Assembly (NCBI GenBank): GCA_963674945.2
Contig: CAXXWQ010000003.1
Location: 1,024,001 to 1,088,000, forward strand
Direction: 5' to 3'
From: an uncultured Desulfosarcina sp.
GTDB lineage: Bacteria; Desulfobacterota; Desulfobacteria; Desulfobacterales; Desulfosarcinaceae
DNA length: 64,000 nt
The notes under the pieces were generated by a model, which searched no databases, was not told the DNA's origin, and was given only the letters and a program-made list of their open reading frames with translations. Shown piece by piece: positions 20,988 through 32,320 of this stretch. Made by a program: the position numbers and the translations under genes. Positions within the stretch are counted from its first letter, which is position 1. Every line of letters begins with the position of its first letter.

Positions 20988-21248
20988 ATGATTCGTCTAT
21001 TGGAAAGAATCGCAATCGAACCTAACAGTCATTTGGGGATGCCACCGCTTCAGGCGGTCGATCTGGTAGCTAAACTCGGGTGCCAGCACATCAGTATCTG
21101 GTTAAACTCGCCAGGGCCCATCAATCCATACAACTACCCGCAAAGCTCGCTCAGAGACGACGCCTCCCTCAGGCAAGATATGATCACTATGATGCGCGAT
21201 AGCCGATCTATCCCAAGCGACATCAGTTCCTACACCGATACAACATAA
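20988..21248 (+). pseudogene. Truncated sugar phosphate isomerase/epimerase (xylose isomerase-like TIM barrel), N-terminal fragment
   Basis: GMPPLQAVDLVAKLGCQHIS...SLRDDASLRQDMI resembles the family N-terminus; ends after 86 aa. Confidence 0.55.
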
Positions 21249-21757
21249 CAATACCGAATCCCCATATCAAACCGAATACAGATACATCAGATGAGCACAA
21301 TTAAGCATGTTCGAAAATTCCCAGAGCTAAGTGGCTTATGCCAACTTGGTAGGGTCTGGTGATATCGGTTGATTTTTCAATTCGATATTATCAATTCTTT
21401 GCCTGTCTTTTGTTTGCCGATCCAGAACATGGGATAATTTTGAAAGGCAGGGGCTTGAAAACAGGCCATTGTGGTAATATTTTAATTTTACTGTTCTTTT
21501 GCGGCAAAAGCCGTTTCGCTTTACTTTCGATCCGCTCGAAAATACGCGATACGCCTTTCTTATTCCCCGCCTGTTTTGGCTCATCTTCAATGCCCCAGCC
21601 GCATTATTTCAGTGTTTCACGCTATTTACGGATTTGGTCATCGTCGACCGTCATTTAGACGTTCTCTCGTCGGCGAGTGGCTTAATGAAAAACCATTGAT
21701 CAGGAAACGCGCCGATGATCGCGCCCTGTGATGTTTCGAACCACGAGGAGGCGTACC

Positions 21758-22273
21758 ATGAATACCACCAATCATAAAACCGGAAAATATGGAATCACGA
21801 TTGCCACCGTTTTGCTGACCACCCTGTTCATGACGATCCTGGCCATGGCCGGTGATTACCCGGCCCTGCAAAACGTCAAGAAGGTAAAAACCGTATTTGA
21901 CGTGAGCCAGGGTTCTCCACAGCTTGCCAACATCGTCTTCTGGGCCGTTAAGAATGTATACGAGGACCCGAGTGTCCGCTCTCTACCGGAGCCACCGCAA
22001 ATTGCAGTTGTGTTTCACGGCCCGGCTGTTAAAATGATCTCGACGGATCGAAAGGATTTCAAAGCAAAAGATGCCAACGCACTGGATGATTTTGCCAAAA
22101 CCATCCGACAGATGAAAGCGGACGGTGTAAAGATCGAGGCGTGTGACTACGCAATGAAGGTGTTGAATGTGGATCCGGCAACGATACTGCCGGAAGTGGA
22201 TCGCGTTGACAACGGATTCATCTCCATCGCCGGGTATCAGGCGCAGGGGTACTCGTTGATCACCATCAATTAG
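21758..22273 (+). CDS. Exported DsrE-family protein
   Basis: Signal peptide, KTVFDV, AVVFHGPAV, KIEAC, YQAQGYSLI; SD GAGGAGG. Confidence 0.8.
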   Translation: MNTTNHKTGKYGITIATVLLTTLFMTILAMAGDYPALQNVKKVKTVFDVSQGSPQLANIVFWAVKNVYEDPSVRSLPEPPQIAVVFHGPAVKMISTDRKDFKAKDANALDDFAKTIRQMKADGVKIEACDYAMKVLNVDPATILPEVDRVDNGFISIAGYQAQGYSLITIN

Positions 22274-22315
22274 TCTGGATATAATTGATCACCTTGGGAA
22301 CATGGCGAATGGGGA

Positions 22316-23512
22316 GTGAAAGCGGAAGTGGCAGACAAGGAGCGCAAAAGATCATCGCGTAGGAGAATCATCGTTCGATTGCTGGTGCTGTTGGTGCTTG
22401 CCGCCACTGCAATCTGGGCCTTTCGATACCTTACGAGGCCCGAACCGGTTGCGGTGGCAGTCAAGCCCGTAACCCGGGGAAAGGTCGAACGCACGGTGGC
22501 CAACACCCGGGCCGGCACGGTGAAGGCGTGCCGGCGGGCAAAACTTTCTCCCAGTATCGGCGGGCAGATTGCATCGCTTCCGGTTCAAGAGGGAGACAGG
22601 GTCAAATCCGGACAACTGTTGCTGGAACTGTGGAACAAGGATCTCGTGGCCCAGATGCAGCTGGCCGAGCGTGAAGTGACCGCCGCCCGTTCCCACGCCC
22701 GATCCGTTTGCGCCCGCTCCCGTATCGCTGCGAAAAACGCCCAACGCTTCTCCTCCCTTCTCGAGTCCAAGGTGGGAACCATCGAGCAGACGGAAAATGC
22801 CATCGCCGAGGCAGATGCATTGGCGGCCGAATGTGAAGGGGCCCAAAATGCCGTCGGCGTCCGCGAGGCGCAATTGGCGGTGGCCACGGCAACATTGGCC
22901 CGTACACGTCTGACCGCCCCTTTCGATGGGGTAATCGGCGAGATCAACGGAGAACGATTCGAGTTCGTCACCCCCTCTCCCCTGGGCGTACCCACACCAC
23001 CGGTGATCGATATCATCGCCTCGGGTTGCTACTATGTCATCGCTCCCATCGACGAGGTGGATGTCGCCGGCATCCGCATCGGTATGCCGGCGCGCATCAC
23101 CATGGACGCCTACCGCGATCGGATCTTTTCGGGACGGGTGCGCCGCGTGGCCGACTATGTCCTGGACGCGGAAAAACAGGCCCGCACCGTGGATGTTGAA
23201 GTAGATTTTTGCCGGCCCGAGGATTACAAGGCGCTTTTGGCCGGCTACAGTGCGGACATCGAGGTGATTCTGGACGCCCGCGCCCAGGTGCTGCGGGTGC
23301 CCACCGAAGCGGTAACGACGGACCTTCATGTTTTCGTCTTTTCGCCGGTAAACGGCAGCGTCAGCAGGCGACAGATTCGAACGGGCCTTTCCAACTGGGA
23401 CTTCACAGAAGTAACAGAGGGACTTGCACAGGACGCGTTGGTGGTGGTCAACATCGATGCGCCCGACTTGAAAGATGGTGCTGCGGCGATTCTTATCGAG
23501 GACACCCCATGA
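22316..23512 (+). CDS. Periplasmic adaptor (MacA/HlyD-like)
   Basis: N-terminal TM, GGQIASLPVQEGDRV, LTAPFDG, IDEVD. Confidence 0.9.
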   Translation: MKAEVADKERKRSSRRRIIVRLLVLLVLAATAIWAFRYLTRPEPVAVAVKPVTRGKVERTVANTRAGTVKACRRAKLSPSIGGQIASLPVQEGDRVKSGQLLLELWNKDLVAQMQLAEREVTAARSHARSVCARSRIAAKNAQRFSSLLESKVGTIEQTENAIAEADALAAECEGAQNAVGVREAQLAVATATLARTRLTAPFDGVIGEINGERFEFVTPSPLGVPTPPVIDIIASGCYYVIAPIDEVDVAGIRIGMPARITMDAYRDRIFSGRVRRVADYVLDAEKQARTVDVEVDFCRPEDYKALLAGYSADIEVILDARAQVLRVPTEAVTTDLHVFVFSPVNGSVSRRQIRTGLSNWDFTEVTEGLAQDALVVVNIDAPDLKDGAAAILIEDTP

Positions 23513-23514
23513 TT

Positions 23515-23639
23515 GACGGCTTCGTAAAAAGTCCGATATCTGCGTTGCGCTTCACCCCTCGTCACTGCGACGTATCCAACCATACGCCTCCTTCCTCGGG
23601 GCGCGCAATCCTTGATCTCGGGCTTTTTTCGAAGCCGTC
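23515..23639. mobile_element. MITE-like element with terminal inverted repeats
   Basis: GACGGCTTCGTAAAAAG ... CTTTTTTCGAAGCCGTC; a matching end lies at 61341-61358. Confidence 0.7.
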
Positions 23640-23666
23640 TGAAGTCCGACATTTTGCGAGTTCGTT

Positions 23667-24343
<677 letters not shown>

Positions 24344-24347
<4 letters not shown>

Positions 24348-25549
24348 AAAACACAGATACGTTCCGATTTTGTTATGGTGCCTTGACCGGCTACCCCTTG
24401 CGTTCCGGATTGATGGTGCTCGCCATGGCCATCGGCGTGAGTGCCGTGGTACTCCTCTCCACCCTGGGCGAGGCAACCCGCCATTACGTGAGCGGTCAGT
24501 TCAGCACATTGGGCACCCATTTGTTGATCGTCTTGCCGGGCCGCTCGGAAACCGTCGGTGGCCCGCCGCCAATGATGGGGCAAACCCCACGGGACCTTAC
24601 CCTGGCCGATGCCATGGCCTTGTGGCGAATCTCCGCCGTTCGCCGTGTGGCTCCCGTGGTGGTCGGCTCTGCACCCGTTTCCGTCGGCAACCGTCAAAGA
24701 GAGATCATCATCATCGGTTCGACCTCGGAGTATCTACCCATTCGCAATCTTGATCTTGCGTCAGGGCGGTTTCTTCCCGGTGGCGACATCACCCGCGCCG
24801 AGGCGGTATGCGTACTCGGGGGTACTGCGAAAAAGGAGCTTTTCGGCACCCACTCGCCCCTGGGCCGTTTCGTTCGCATCGGCCAACGCCGTTTCAAGGT
24901 GATCGGCACCCTGGCCGAAAAGGGACAATCATTGGGCGTGGACATCGGTGACATCGCCATCATCCCCGTTGCCTCGGCAGCGGCCATGTTCAACACCGAG
25001 ACCCTGTTCCGAATCGTGGTCCAGGCACGGAACCGTGATGCCATACCCCGCGCCCAAAAAGATATCTCGCGCATCATCAAAGACCGTCATGATGGGGAGG
25101 ACGATGTCACCGTGGTGACCCAGGGTGCCCTGCTGGCCACATTCGACCGAATCCTGCGCACACTTACAATGGCTGTGGCCGGTATTGCGGCCATCAGCCT
25201 GGCCGTGGCCGGCATCCTGATCATGAATGTCATGCTTGTGGCCATCTCCCAGCGGACGGCCGAAATCGGCCTGCTCAAGGCCGTGGGTGCCACCGGCCGA
25301 CAGGTATTGACCTTGTTTCTCGTTGAATCGGCGCTGCTCTCTCTGGCCGGCACGCTCTTTGGTTTGATGGTAACGGTGTTGGGCATTCTGGTACTGCAAC
25401 GGTTCTTTCCCCAACTTCCCATGGTGGTGCCCCTGTGGTCGCCGACGGCAGCCACCGCCATGGCCCTGGCGACCGGCATCCTCTTCGGCATCCTCCCGGC
25501 AAGAAGGGCGGCGCGCCTGGACCCGGTGGTGGCACTGGCGGACCGGTAG
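24344..25549 (+). CDS. ABC permease (MacB/FtsX-like)
   Basis: TM, periplasmic domain, 3 TMs; RTAEIGLLKAVGA; PARRAARLDPV. Confidence 0.92.
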
Positions 25550-25606
25550 GGGACTGTTTGCTTAAGAGGCTTAAAACCGAATGAAAAACAAGAACCATAG
25601 GGATAT

Positions 25607-25790
25607 AAACGCCGAACATCGAACTTCCAACATCGAACATCGAATAAGGAATTCTATCCTTTCTTAAAATGAAACCCAATTCTCTTATCATGCCTTGAAA
25701 TGGCGAAAGTACTATTTAATGAAAAAGATGGAGCGAAGCGATCGCATCATTCAAAGTTGGACGTTCGATGTTCGATGTTTGACGTTTAAA
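25607..25790. repeat. Intergenic element with inverted heptamer arms and GATGGAGCGAAGCGA core
   Basis: AACATCG-type heptamers at left, complementary CGATGTT-type at right; right part matches 9972-10035. Confidence 0.8.
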
Positions 25791-25804
25791 AGTGTGATCT
25801 CATC

Positions 25805-27004
25805 ATGCTAATCCGTGACGGCATCCATCTTGCCCTGGGCGCGCTGATCGGCCAGCGGCTGCGAACCATTCTCACCATTATCGGCATCGCCGTGGGAATT
25901 GCCGCCGTCGTTCTACTCACCTCCCTGGGTGAAGGCGTCCACAGGTTCGTGCTGGGAGAATTCTCCCAATTCGGTACCAACCTGATCGCCGTCACCCCCG
26001 GGAAAACCTCCACCACCGGGATGTCCGGTGCGGTAATCAGCAACGTCCGCCCGCTCACCATAGAGGATGCCGAAGCTCTGTCGACGATTCCCCGTGTCCT
26101 TGCCACCGTGCCGGTGGTCCAGGGCAATGGCGCCGTGGAGTTCGGACGACGCAGCCGACGCACCTACGTATTCGGGGTAAATGCCGACATGCCCAGGGTA
26201 TGGCAAACGCCCGTGGCACAGGGACGTTTCTTGCCCGATGATCCAGCTGGAAGTGGCAGGGCCCTTGCCGTATTGGGCAGCACGGTAAGCCGGGAATTGT
26301 TCGGTGATGACAATCCCTTGGGCCGTCGCATCCGGATCGGTGGGGAGCGGTACCGTACCATCGGTGTCATGGCCGCAAAGGGACAGATGCTGGGGTTCGA
26401 CCTGGACGACGCCGTCTACATTCCCGCCTCTCGGGCCCTGGCCATGTTCAACCGGGAAAGCCTCATGGAAATCGACATCCTCTTTGCCACCGGCAGTTCT
26501 GCCGATCGCATTGCGGCGGCCATCCGTGAGAAATTGATTGACCGTCACGGCAGTGAAGATTTCACCGTCGTTACACAGACCCAGATGTTGGACGTACTGG
26601 GTTCGATCCTGGGAGTTCTGACGCTCGCAGTGGGTGCCATCGGCGGCATTTCCCTCGTGGTGGGTGGTGTTGGTATCGCCACCATCATGACCATCGCCGT
26701 CCGCCAGCGCCGTTCGGAAATTGGTTTGCTTCGGGCGCTGGGCACCTCGCGGCGCTGGATTCTTGTTCTCTTCGCCATGGAGGCGACCCTGATGGGTGCC
26801 ATCGGCGGCGTTGCCGGGGTGGTCATGGGTGGCCTCGGGGCCTGGCTGCTGGAAATCATCGTACCCAACCTGCCGACGCACACCCCCGTCTCCTATGTGA
26901 TACTGGCGCTGAGCATTGCTTCGGTGATCGGCCTCCTATCCGGCATCCTGCCCGCTCGGCACGCCGCCCGAATGGATCCCATCGAGGCACTGCGTGCGGA
27001 ATGA
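25805..27004 (+). CDS. ABC permease (MacB/FtsX-like)
   Basis: Paralog of 24344-25549; PARHAARMDPIEALR. Confidence 0.92.
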   Translation: MLIRDGIHLALGALIGQRLRTILTIIGIAVGIAAVVLLTSLGEGVHRFVLGEFSQFGTNLIAVTPGKTSTTGMSGAVISNVRPLTIEDAEALSTIPRVLATVPVVQGNGAVEFGRRSRRTYVFGVNADMPRVWQTPVAQGRFLPDDPAGSGRALAVLGSTVSRELFGDDNPLGRRIRIGGERYRTIGVMAAKGQMLGFDLDDAVYIPASRALAMFNRESLMEIDILFATGSSADRIAAAIREKLIDRHGSEDFTVVTQTQMLDVLGSILGVLTLAVGAIGGISLVVGGVGIATIMTIAVRQRRSEIGLLRALGTSRRWILVLFAMEATLMGAIGGVAGVVMGGLGAWLLEIIVPNLPTHTPVSYVILALSIASVIGLLSGILPARHAARMDPIEALRAE

Positions 27005-27202
27005 CTCTTTCGAAACAGCCATAATATTTATGTAAAAGTTTTCCTAACTTCCCATCTTCTGATTCAATACAAATCGACAGACCCTCTCCGAAAATAGTTA
27101 ATATTTCCTTATTTTACAATTCCTTATACACACTCCAGCGAGTTGGCCCGATTCTTGATATTCGCCTCGGGTAGAGAGAAACAACCATTCATAGAGAAAG
27201 AA

Positions 27203-28936
27203 ATGAAACGAAAGCACACCACCGCCAAATTATTGATCATCACACAAATCGTAGCAGTATTTTCCATCTGGACACCGGCCGTTGCTTCGACCATCCCGAA
27301 AACGCCGGATCTGTTTTCCTGGTTGGCGTCGCCCGATCCATTCATTGGGCAAATTTCACCGATGAATGGGGATTTCGATCTCGATCAGGTCATGCGATTT
27401 TACCAAAAGGTAGGGGTTTATCCCGTCTGGACCGGCCCTTCCGGCCTCTTGTACCAAGGGAAGACGTTGGTAGAGACCATTGCGAATGCGCCCCGGGCAG
27501 GATTCATAACGGCCGACTACCTCCCCCCCGATCCCGAAGCACCCATTCACGGAATTCGCTATCCGGGATCGACCGCGGCGCCCCACATGCAGTTGGATGT
27601 GATGCTTACCGCAGGCCTGATCCGGTATGCGACACACCTCTCCCAGGGCCGGGTAAACCCGGAAACGCTGTCCGGACACTGGGTGGCCCTTCGCCGTTCA
27701 GCCATCCGTGACATCCCTGCAGAATTGGCCATCGCCGTTCGGCAGGGCCGACTCGTGGCGTATATCGAATCACTCCATCCGAGGACAACGGCCTACGAAA
27801 AGCTGCGAGATGCCCTGAAACAATACGAAGTCATCGAACGGGCGGGTGGATGGCATATGATCGAACCGGGTCCATCCCTTCATACGGGTGACGTCGGTCC
27901 CCGGGTGGCGGCCCTTGTTCGTCGGCTTTGCGCCACGGGAGACATTTCGGACCAAATACCCCCGGATTATAAAATATTCGATGAGACGGTGGCGGAAGCC
28001 GTCGGTCATTTCCAACGACGGCATGGCCTGACGGCCGATGGCGTGGTCGGTAAGCAAACCTTGGGGGAACTGAACGTCTCCGTCCAGGCACGGATCCGAA
28101 AGATCAAACTCAATATGGAGCGCTGGCGCTGGTATCCGGACGATCTCGGCGATCGCTACATATGGGTAAATATTCCCTCATTTGCACTGAACGTTGTCGA
28201 TGGTGACCGGACCGTACACACCTCGCGCGTCATCGTGGGGAAGAGGAGCCGCAAGACCCCCATCATGTCAGGGCAAATGACATATCTGGAGGTCAATCCC
28301 TATTGGAACATTCCCAGAAAGATTGTCCGAAAAAACATCATACCCAAAGCCGCCGCCGATCCGGCCTACCTGATACGACAGGGCATCCGGGTCTTCGAGA
28401 GCTGGGATGAACAGGCACGGGAATTGGATCCATTGGCAATCTCCTGGGAAAAGCTGTCCCGGAACACGTTTCCCTATCGCCTCCGCCAGGATCCATCCCA
28501 ATTGAACGCCCTGGGTCAGGTCAAATTCATGTTTCCCAATGCCCAAAGTGTTTACATCCACGACACACCGGGAAAAAACCTGTTTGATCGCCGCATCCGA
28601 ACCTTCTCATCGGGATGCGTCCGTCTGGAAAACCCCATTTGCCTTGCCCAGTACCTCCTCAAAGACCAGGGATGGGACCGCCGCCGCCTGGAATCGGCGG
28701 TTGCCAATGAAAAGCGCAAAACCATCATTCTCGACAATCCCATAAACGTGCACCTGGCCTATTTTACCGCCTGGGTGGATCAGACGGGACAGGTTCATTT
28801 CGCAAAAGATATCTACGACCGGGACCGGCGCCTCCTGCTGGCCATGGAGGGTGCCGCGTCGAAAACGATACGATGTGAAAACGAGGAAGGCAAAGGCACC
28901 ATGCTGGCAAAATCGGATACGGCCGGCCACCTGTAG
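27203..28936 (+). CDS. L,D-transpeptidase (YcbB/LdtD-like) with PG-binding domain
   Basis: FQRRHGLTADGVVG, NMERWRW, VNIP, YIHDTP, SSGCVRL. Confidence 0.92.
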   Translation: MKRKHTTAKLLIITQIVAVFSIWTPAVASTIPKTPDLFSWLASPDPFIGQISPMNGDFDLDQVMRFYQKVGVYPVWTGPSGLLYQGKTLVETIANAPRAGFITADYLPPDPEAPIHGIRYPGSTAAPHMQLDVMLTAGLIRYATHLSQGRVNPETLSGHWVALRRSAIRDIPAELAIAVRQGRLVAYIESLHPRTTAYEKLRDALKQYEVIERAGGWHMIEPGPSLHTGDVGPRVAALVRRLCATGDISDQIPPDYKIFDETVAEAVGHFQRRHGLTADGVVGKQTLGELNVSVQARIRKIKLNMERWRWYPDDLGDRYIWVNIPSFALNVVDGDRTVHTSRVIVGKRSRKTPIMSGQMTYLEVNPYWNIPRKIVRKNIIPKAAADPAYLIRQGIRVFESWDEQARELDPLAISWEKLSRNTFPYRLRQDPSQLNALGQVKFMFPNAQSVYIHDTPGKNLFDRRIRTFSSGCVRLENPICLAQYLLKDQGWDRRRLESAVANEKRKTIILDNPINVHLAYFTAWVDQTGQVHFAKDIYDRDRRLLLAMEGAASKTIRCENEEGKGTMLAKSDTAGHL

Positions 28937-29046
28937 AAAGACTTCTCATCCATCCGACCAATGCGCAAGAAAAAATCCGTGTCCAGAGGACCCGGCTTTG
29001 GGCTCCCTTTGGAAAGGGAAATGCCCTGCGATCACGGTAAACGCAA

Positions 29047-29179
29047 CAGGAGTCAGAAGCCAGAAATTCAGGAGCCAGAATTTATCTGAAGTCGCTTCGC
29101 TCCATCGATTGAAAATGAGATGGATCGAGCCGAAGGCGAATACCTGATTCTGAATTCTGACTCCTGATTTCTGGATTCT
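29047..29179. repeat. Intergenic element with inverted heptamer arms (CAGAAGC/TTCTGAC type)
   Basis: Contains TCGCTTCGCTCCATC, the reverse complement of the core at 9972 and 25727. Confidence 0.75.
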
Positions 29180-29266
29180 TTGTGGGGTCGAGTGGGCATC
29201 AGAAATATGAACAATTGATGTTTTTGGTTACCGATCGGCGACATATGGATTATACTTATCCCCACT

Positions 29267-30595
29267 ATGGATTGGTGGTTGATCGCAAAAGTGGCTTGGG
29301 GTGCCATTGGCTTCGGATTGGTGTTTCTGATGCTGATCATCGCATGGCGGGCCCGCAATATCGTCTCCTGGAACCGGGATATTCGAAAGGAGCTGAGAAG
29401 TCTGGCCAAAGAGGCCGAATCGGCATCGGAGGCCAGACGCGCCGGTATTGCCCGGATTCAGGAAAGATGCGATGCCATTTCCCGCACTCTTTCTCCTGCG
29501 GGTGTGGTCGGGGTCGAACAGTTGCATGCCTATATCCGCTCCATCGCGGCCTGTTCTAACCCGGATTCCACGCGCCCCGAACTCCAGGTGTCCTTAGGGC
29601 ATCTCATCAAAAGCATCGACATCTCCCTGTTTCGCTTTGACCGGATCATCCGACGTCCCGGTTTTCAACGGTTGAAATCCATCAACATCAAAACCGTCCG
29701 TAGTCTCTATCATTGGTCGGAGACACTGATGAAGCGACCGATGGTCCGTTGGCTTGTGGCACATCGGGACCAAATCGGGCCTTTCGGCTTGATCCGTCTG
29801 GTTGTCCTGCCCGATCCCATTTCATTGCTTCTGTTTCTCTCCCGGAAGATCGTCATCCTCGTGCTGATGAGAAACCTTTTGGTGGACATCACCCTTTTCG
29901 TTGGGAAACTGGCGTTGAACGCATATGACCAAAGTGATGGAAAACCGACGATGGAGGACGCCGAAATGCTCGAAGAGACCTTGATGGCGATGTCTCGTGT
30001 CGAAATACCGCCACAGACGGACCAGGACCCGGCAATCGCAGAAATTCGAAGGCAACTCGTCGGATTCTCCACCATCATGCTTTCTCCGCCCGCCTGGCGG
30101 GATGTAACGTCCGCTGTAGTCAAAGCGGCAGAGAACATCGCCGTCAAATATTTCCCCGATTCCGACCATCCCGTGGAAGAGGCCACCATCGGAGCCTTGC
30201 TGGATCGTTCCAGATCATGGCTGAAAACCCTGGGCAAGGGAGACAATATCACGATCGTCCGGTATATCTACAAGACGCGCCTCGAAACCATTTTTCAGGC
30301 CAAAGACGTCACCGATCTGGTCCTCACCCCCACGGTACGCAGCATCATCCGAACCTCTTTCGGCGCCTACGGTTGGCTCAAATGGCCCCTTCGCATCTAC
30401 CGCCGGGTCAAACGGTTCACGATTCCCCGGCTCGCCATGGACCTTGGCTGGTTCTTGGGGAAAAAATCTGCATTGGTATTGCTCTACGGCAGTGCGTTTG
30501 ACCATGCCTGCCGGGAACTGGAATGGGTGTACCGGATGTCTGCCGCTGCCGATGGTACCGCAAGAGAGGATCGATCCGACGATGATTCCGTTTAA
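29267..30595 (+). CDS. Hypothetical membrane-anchored protein
   Basis: 442-aa ORF with N-terminal TM helix. Confidence 0.7.
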   Translation: MDWWLIAKVAWGAIGFGLVFLMLIIAWRARNIVSWNRDIRKELRSLAKEAESASEARRAGIARIQERCDAISRTLSPAGVVGVEQLHAYIRSIAACSNPDSTRPELQVSLGHLIKSIDISLFRFDRIIRRPGFQRLKSINIKTVRSLYHWSETLMKRPMVRWLVAHRDQIGPFGLIRLVVLPDPISLLLFLSRKIVILVLMRNLLVDITLFVGKLALNAYDQSDGKPTMEDAEMLEETLMAMSRVEIPPQTDQDPAIAEIRRQLVGFSTIMLSPPAWRDVTSAVVKAAENIAVKYFPDSDHPVEEATIGALLDRSRSWLKTLGKGDNITIVRYIYKTRLETIFQAKDVTDLVLTPTVRSIIRTSFGAYGWLKWPLRIYRRVKRFTIPRLAMDLGWFLGKKSALVLLYGSAFDHACRELEWVYRMSAAADGTAREDRSDDDSV

Positions 30596-30647
30596 TCCAT
30601 CGTACTTCACCAAGGAATCACGACGATGGTTTCGATGCGATCTGTTA

Positions 30648-32282
30648 TTAGAACACACGATGCACGATCCGTCCATCGAACAGCGTCATCTCCGCGCCGG
30701 CAGTATGGATCCGCTCTGGCGCCGACGTCAGGATGTTTTCGGAAAGAACCGCAAGATCCGCTTTTTTCCCGACCGCAATCTTTCCCAGGTCGTCGGCGCG
30801 ATGCACGGACGCAGGAGTCGCGGTGTAGGCACGAAGGGCCTCTTGGACGGTGACACGATTTTGCGGATACCATCCCTTTTCAGGGGTTCCGTCGGCTCGC
30901 TGCCGGGTCACCGCGGCATGGATTGCCGGCAACGGATCAGGATCGCACACCGGGCAGTCGGAACTGAACATCACCGGCACGGTTGTGTCCAACAACCGGC
31001 GAAAGGCATAGGTCCACCGGCCCTTTTCCCCCACTGCCCCGTCGATCAGGTTCATGTCCAGAATCATATTGGCCGGGGTTACGCAAAGCGCAAGATTCAA
31101 CGATCGCAGTTCATGGGCGTCCTCGGGCCGAATCATCTGCACGTGCTCGATGCGATGGGAAAGATAGGGGCGGGAACGACCCGTTTGCAGCCGCCGGGAC
31201 GAAAGACTGCGGAAAAGCCTGACGAGCTCGCGATTGGCGCGATCGCCAACGGCATGGACCATGACGGAAAGCCCCGCATTTTCCGCTTTTTCAACATCTG
31301 CGGCAAGATCGCCCATGTTCACCAAAGGCATACCGCAGCCGGCATCGAGAAAGGGGTCGATCATCCAGGCGGTGCGTGCCCCCATTCCGCCATCGGAAAA
31401 GAACTTGACGTGTCCGACACGCAATCGATCGTTGCCGAAACCGCTTCGAAGACCAAGCGCAATGATCCCGTCGAGGGCTTCCCCGCTCAGGGAAACCCAC
31501 GTTCTGAGGCCAAGGCGGCCTTCCTGGTCGAGCCGCTGGAACATCTGAAAGGCCCGGGCACCATCCTTGTCCGCCATCAGTCGGACGTCGTGAATACCGG
31601 TGATCCCCCGCCGGTGAAGGGCGGCGGTGGCATCCTCAAAGGCGGCAAGAAGTCCATCCGTATCCGGCGGTCCCATGGCCCGCCGCAATAAATTGATGGC
31701 CAGTTCCCGAAGAATGCCGGTGGGTGCTCCTGTTTGGTCGCGCTCGATCCTGCCTTCGGGCGGGTCCGGCGTGTTCGCATCGATACCGGCCGCCTGGAGG
31801 GCAACGGTGTTTGCCGCCGCCAGATGCAGGTCGCAACGCCACAGCAGTACCGGATGGTGGGGGGCTGCCCGGTCCAGTTCCTTCCGTGTGGGCATACAGG
31901 GCGCTGTCCAGTCCGTTTCGTTCCATCCCTGCCCCGTGATCCAGCGCCCATGGGGTGTGGTTACGGCGGCATCACCGACGCGACCCAAAAGCTCCTCGAT
32001 ACACGTAACATCATCGAGTTTGATGCTTTGTCGATTGACGGCCCATTCGTAAAAATGGATGTGGGCATCGATGAACCCCGGAACGACGAGCCGGCCACCC
32101 AGATCGATGGTTTCGGTATGGGCATCGGCCAAGGCGAGAAGATCGGCATTGCTGCCCACGGCGACGATGGTGTCACCGCCGACGGCCAAGGCCTGTGCTG
32201 CCGGCGACGCAATCGCCTGGGTAGCGATGGCGCCGTTGTAGAGAATGATGTCCGGAAATGAGGGAGAACAAGCCATGGCCAT
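30648..32282 (-). CDS. Amidohydrolase 3 (YtcJ-like)
   Basis: PGFIDAHIH, HAVGD, HRIEH, SSDCPV, GKKADL; exact start uncertain. Confidence 0.9.
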   Translation of the reverse strand: MAMACSPSFPDIILYNGAIATQAIASPAAQALAVGGDTIVAVGSNADLLALADAHTETIDLGGRLVVPGFIDAHIHFYEWAVNRQSIKLDDVTCIEELLGRVGDAAVTTPHGRWITGQGWNETDWTAPCMPTRKELDRAAPHHPVLLWRCDLHLAAANTVALQAAGIDANTPDPPEGRIERDQTGAPTGILRELAINLLRRAMGPPDTDGLLAAFEDATAALHRRGITGIHDVRLMADKDGARAFQMFQRLDQEGRLGLRTWVSLSGEALDGIIALGLRSGFGNDRLRVGHVKFFSDGGMGARTAWMIDPFLDAGCGMPLVNMGDLAADVEKAENAGLSVMVHAVGDRANRELVRLFRSLSSRRLQTGRSRPYLSHRIEHVQMIRPEDAHELRSLNLALCVTPANMILDMNLIDGAVGEKGRWTYAFRRLLDTTVPVMFSSDCPVCDPDPLPAIHAAVTRQRADGTPEKGWYPQNRVTVQEALRAYTATPASVHRADDLGKIAVGKKADLAVLSENILTSAPERIHTAGAEMTLFDGRIVHRVF

Positions 32283-32320
32283 GACGCAACCTGCCAATCA
32301 ATGAAATGACAAGATAGGGG

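Noticed and set aside
27143..27158. Sigma54-like TTGGCCCGATTCTTGA upstream of the L,D-transpeptidase
   Set aside because: The -12 dinucleotide is GA rather than GC; plausible but too weak to call
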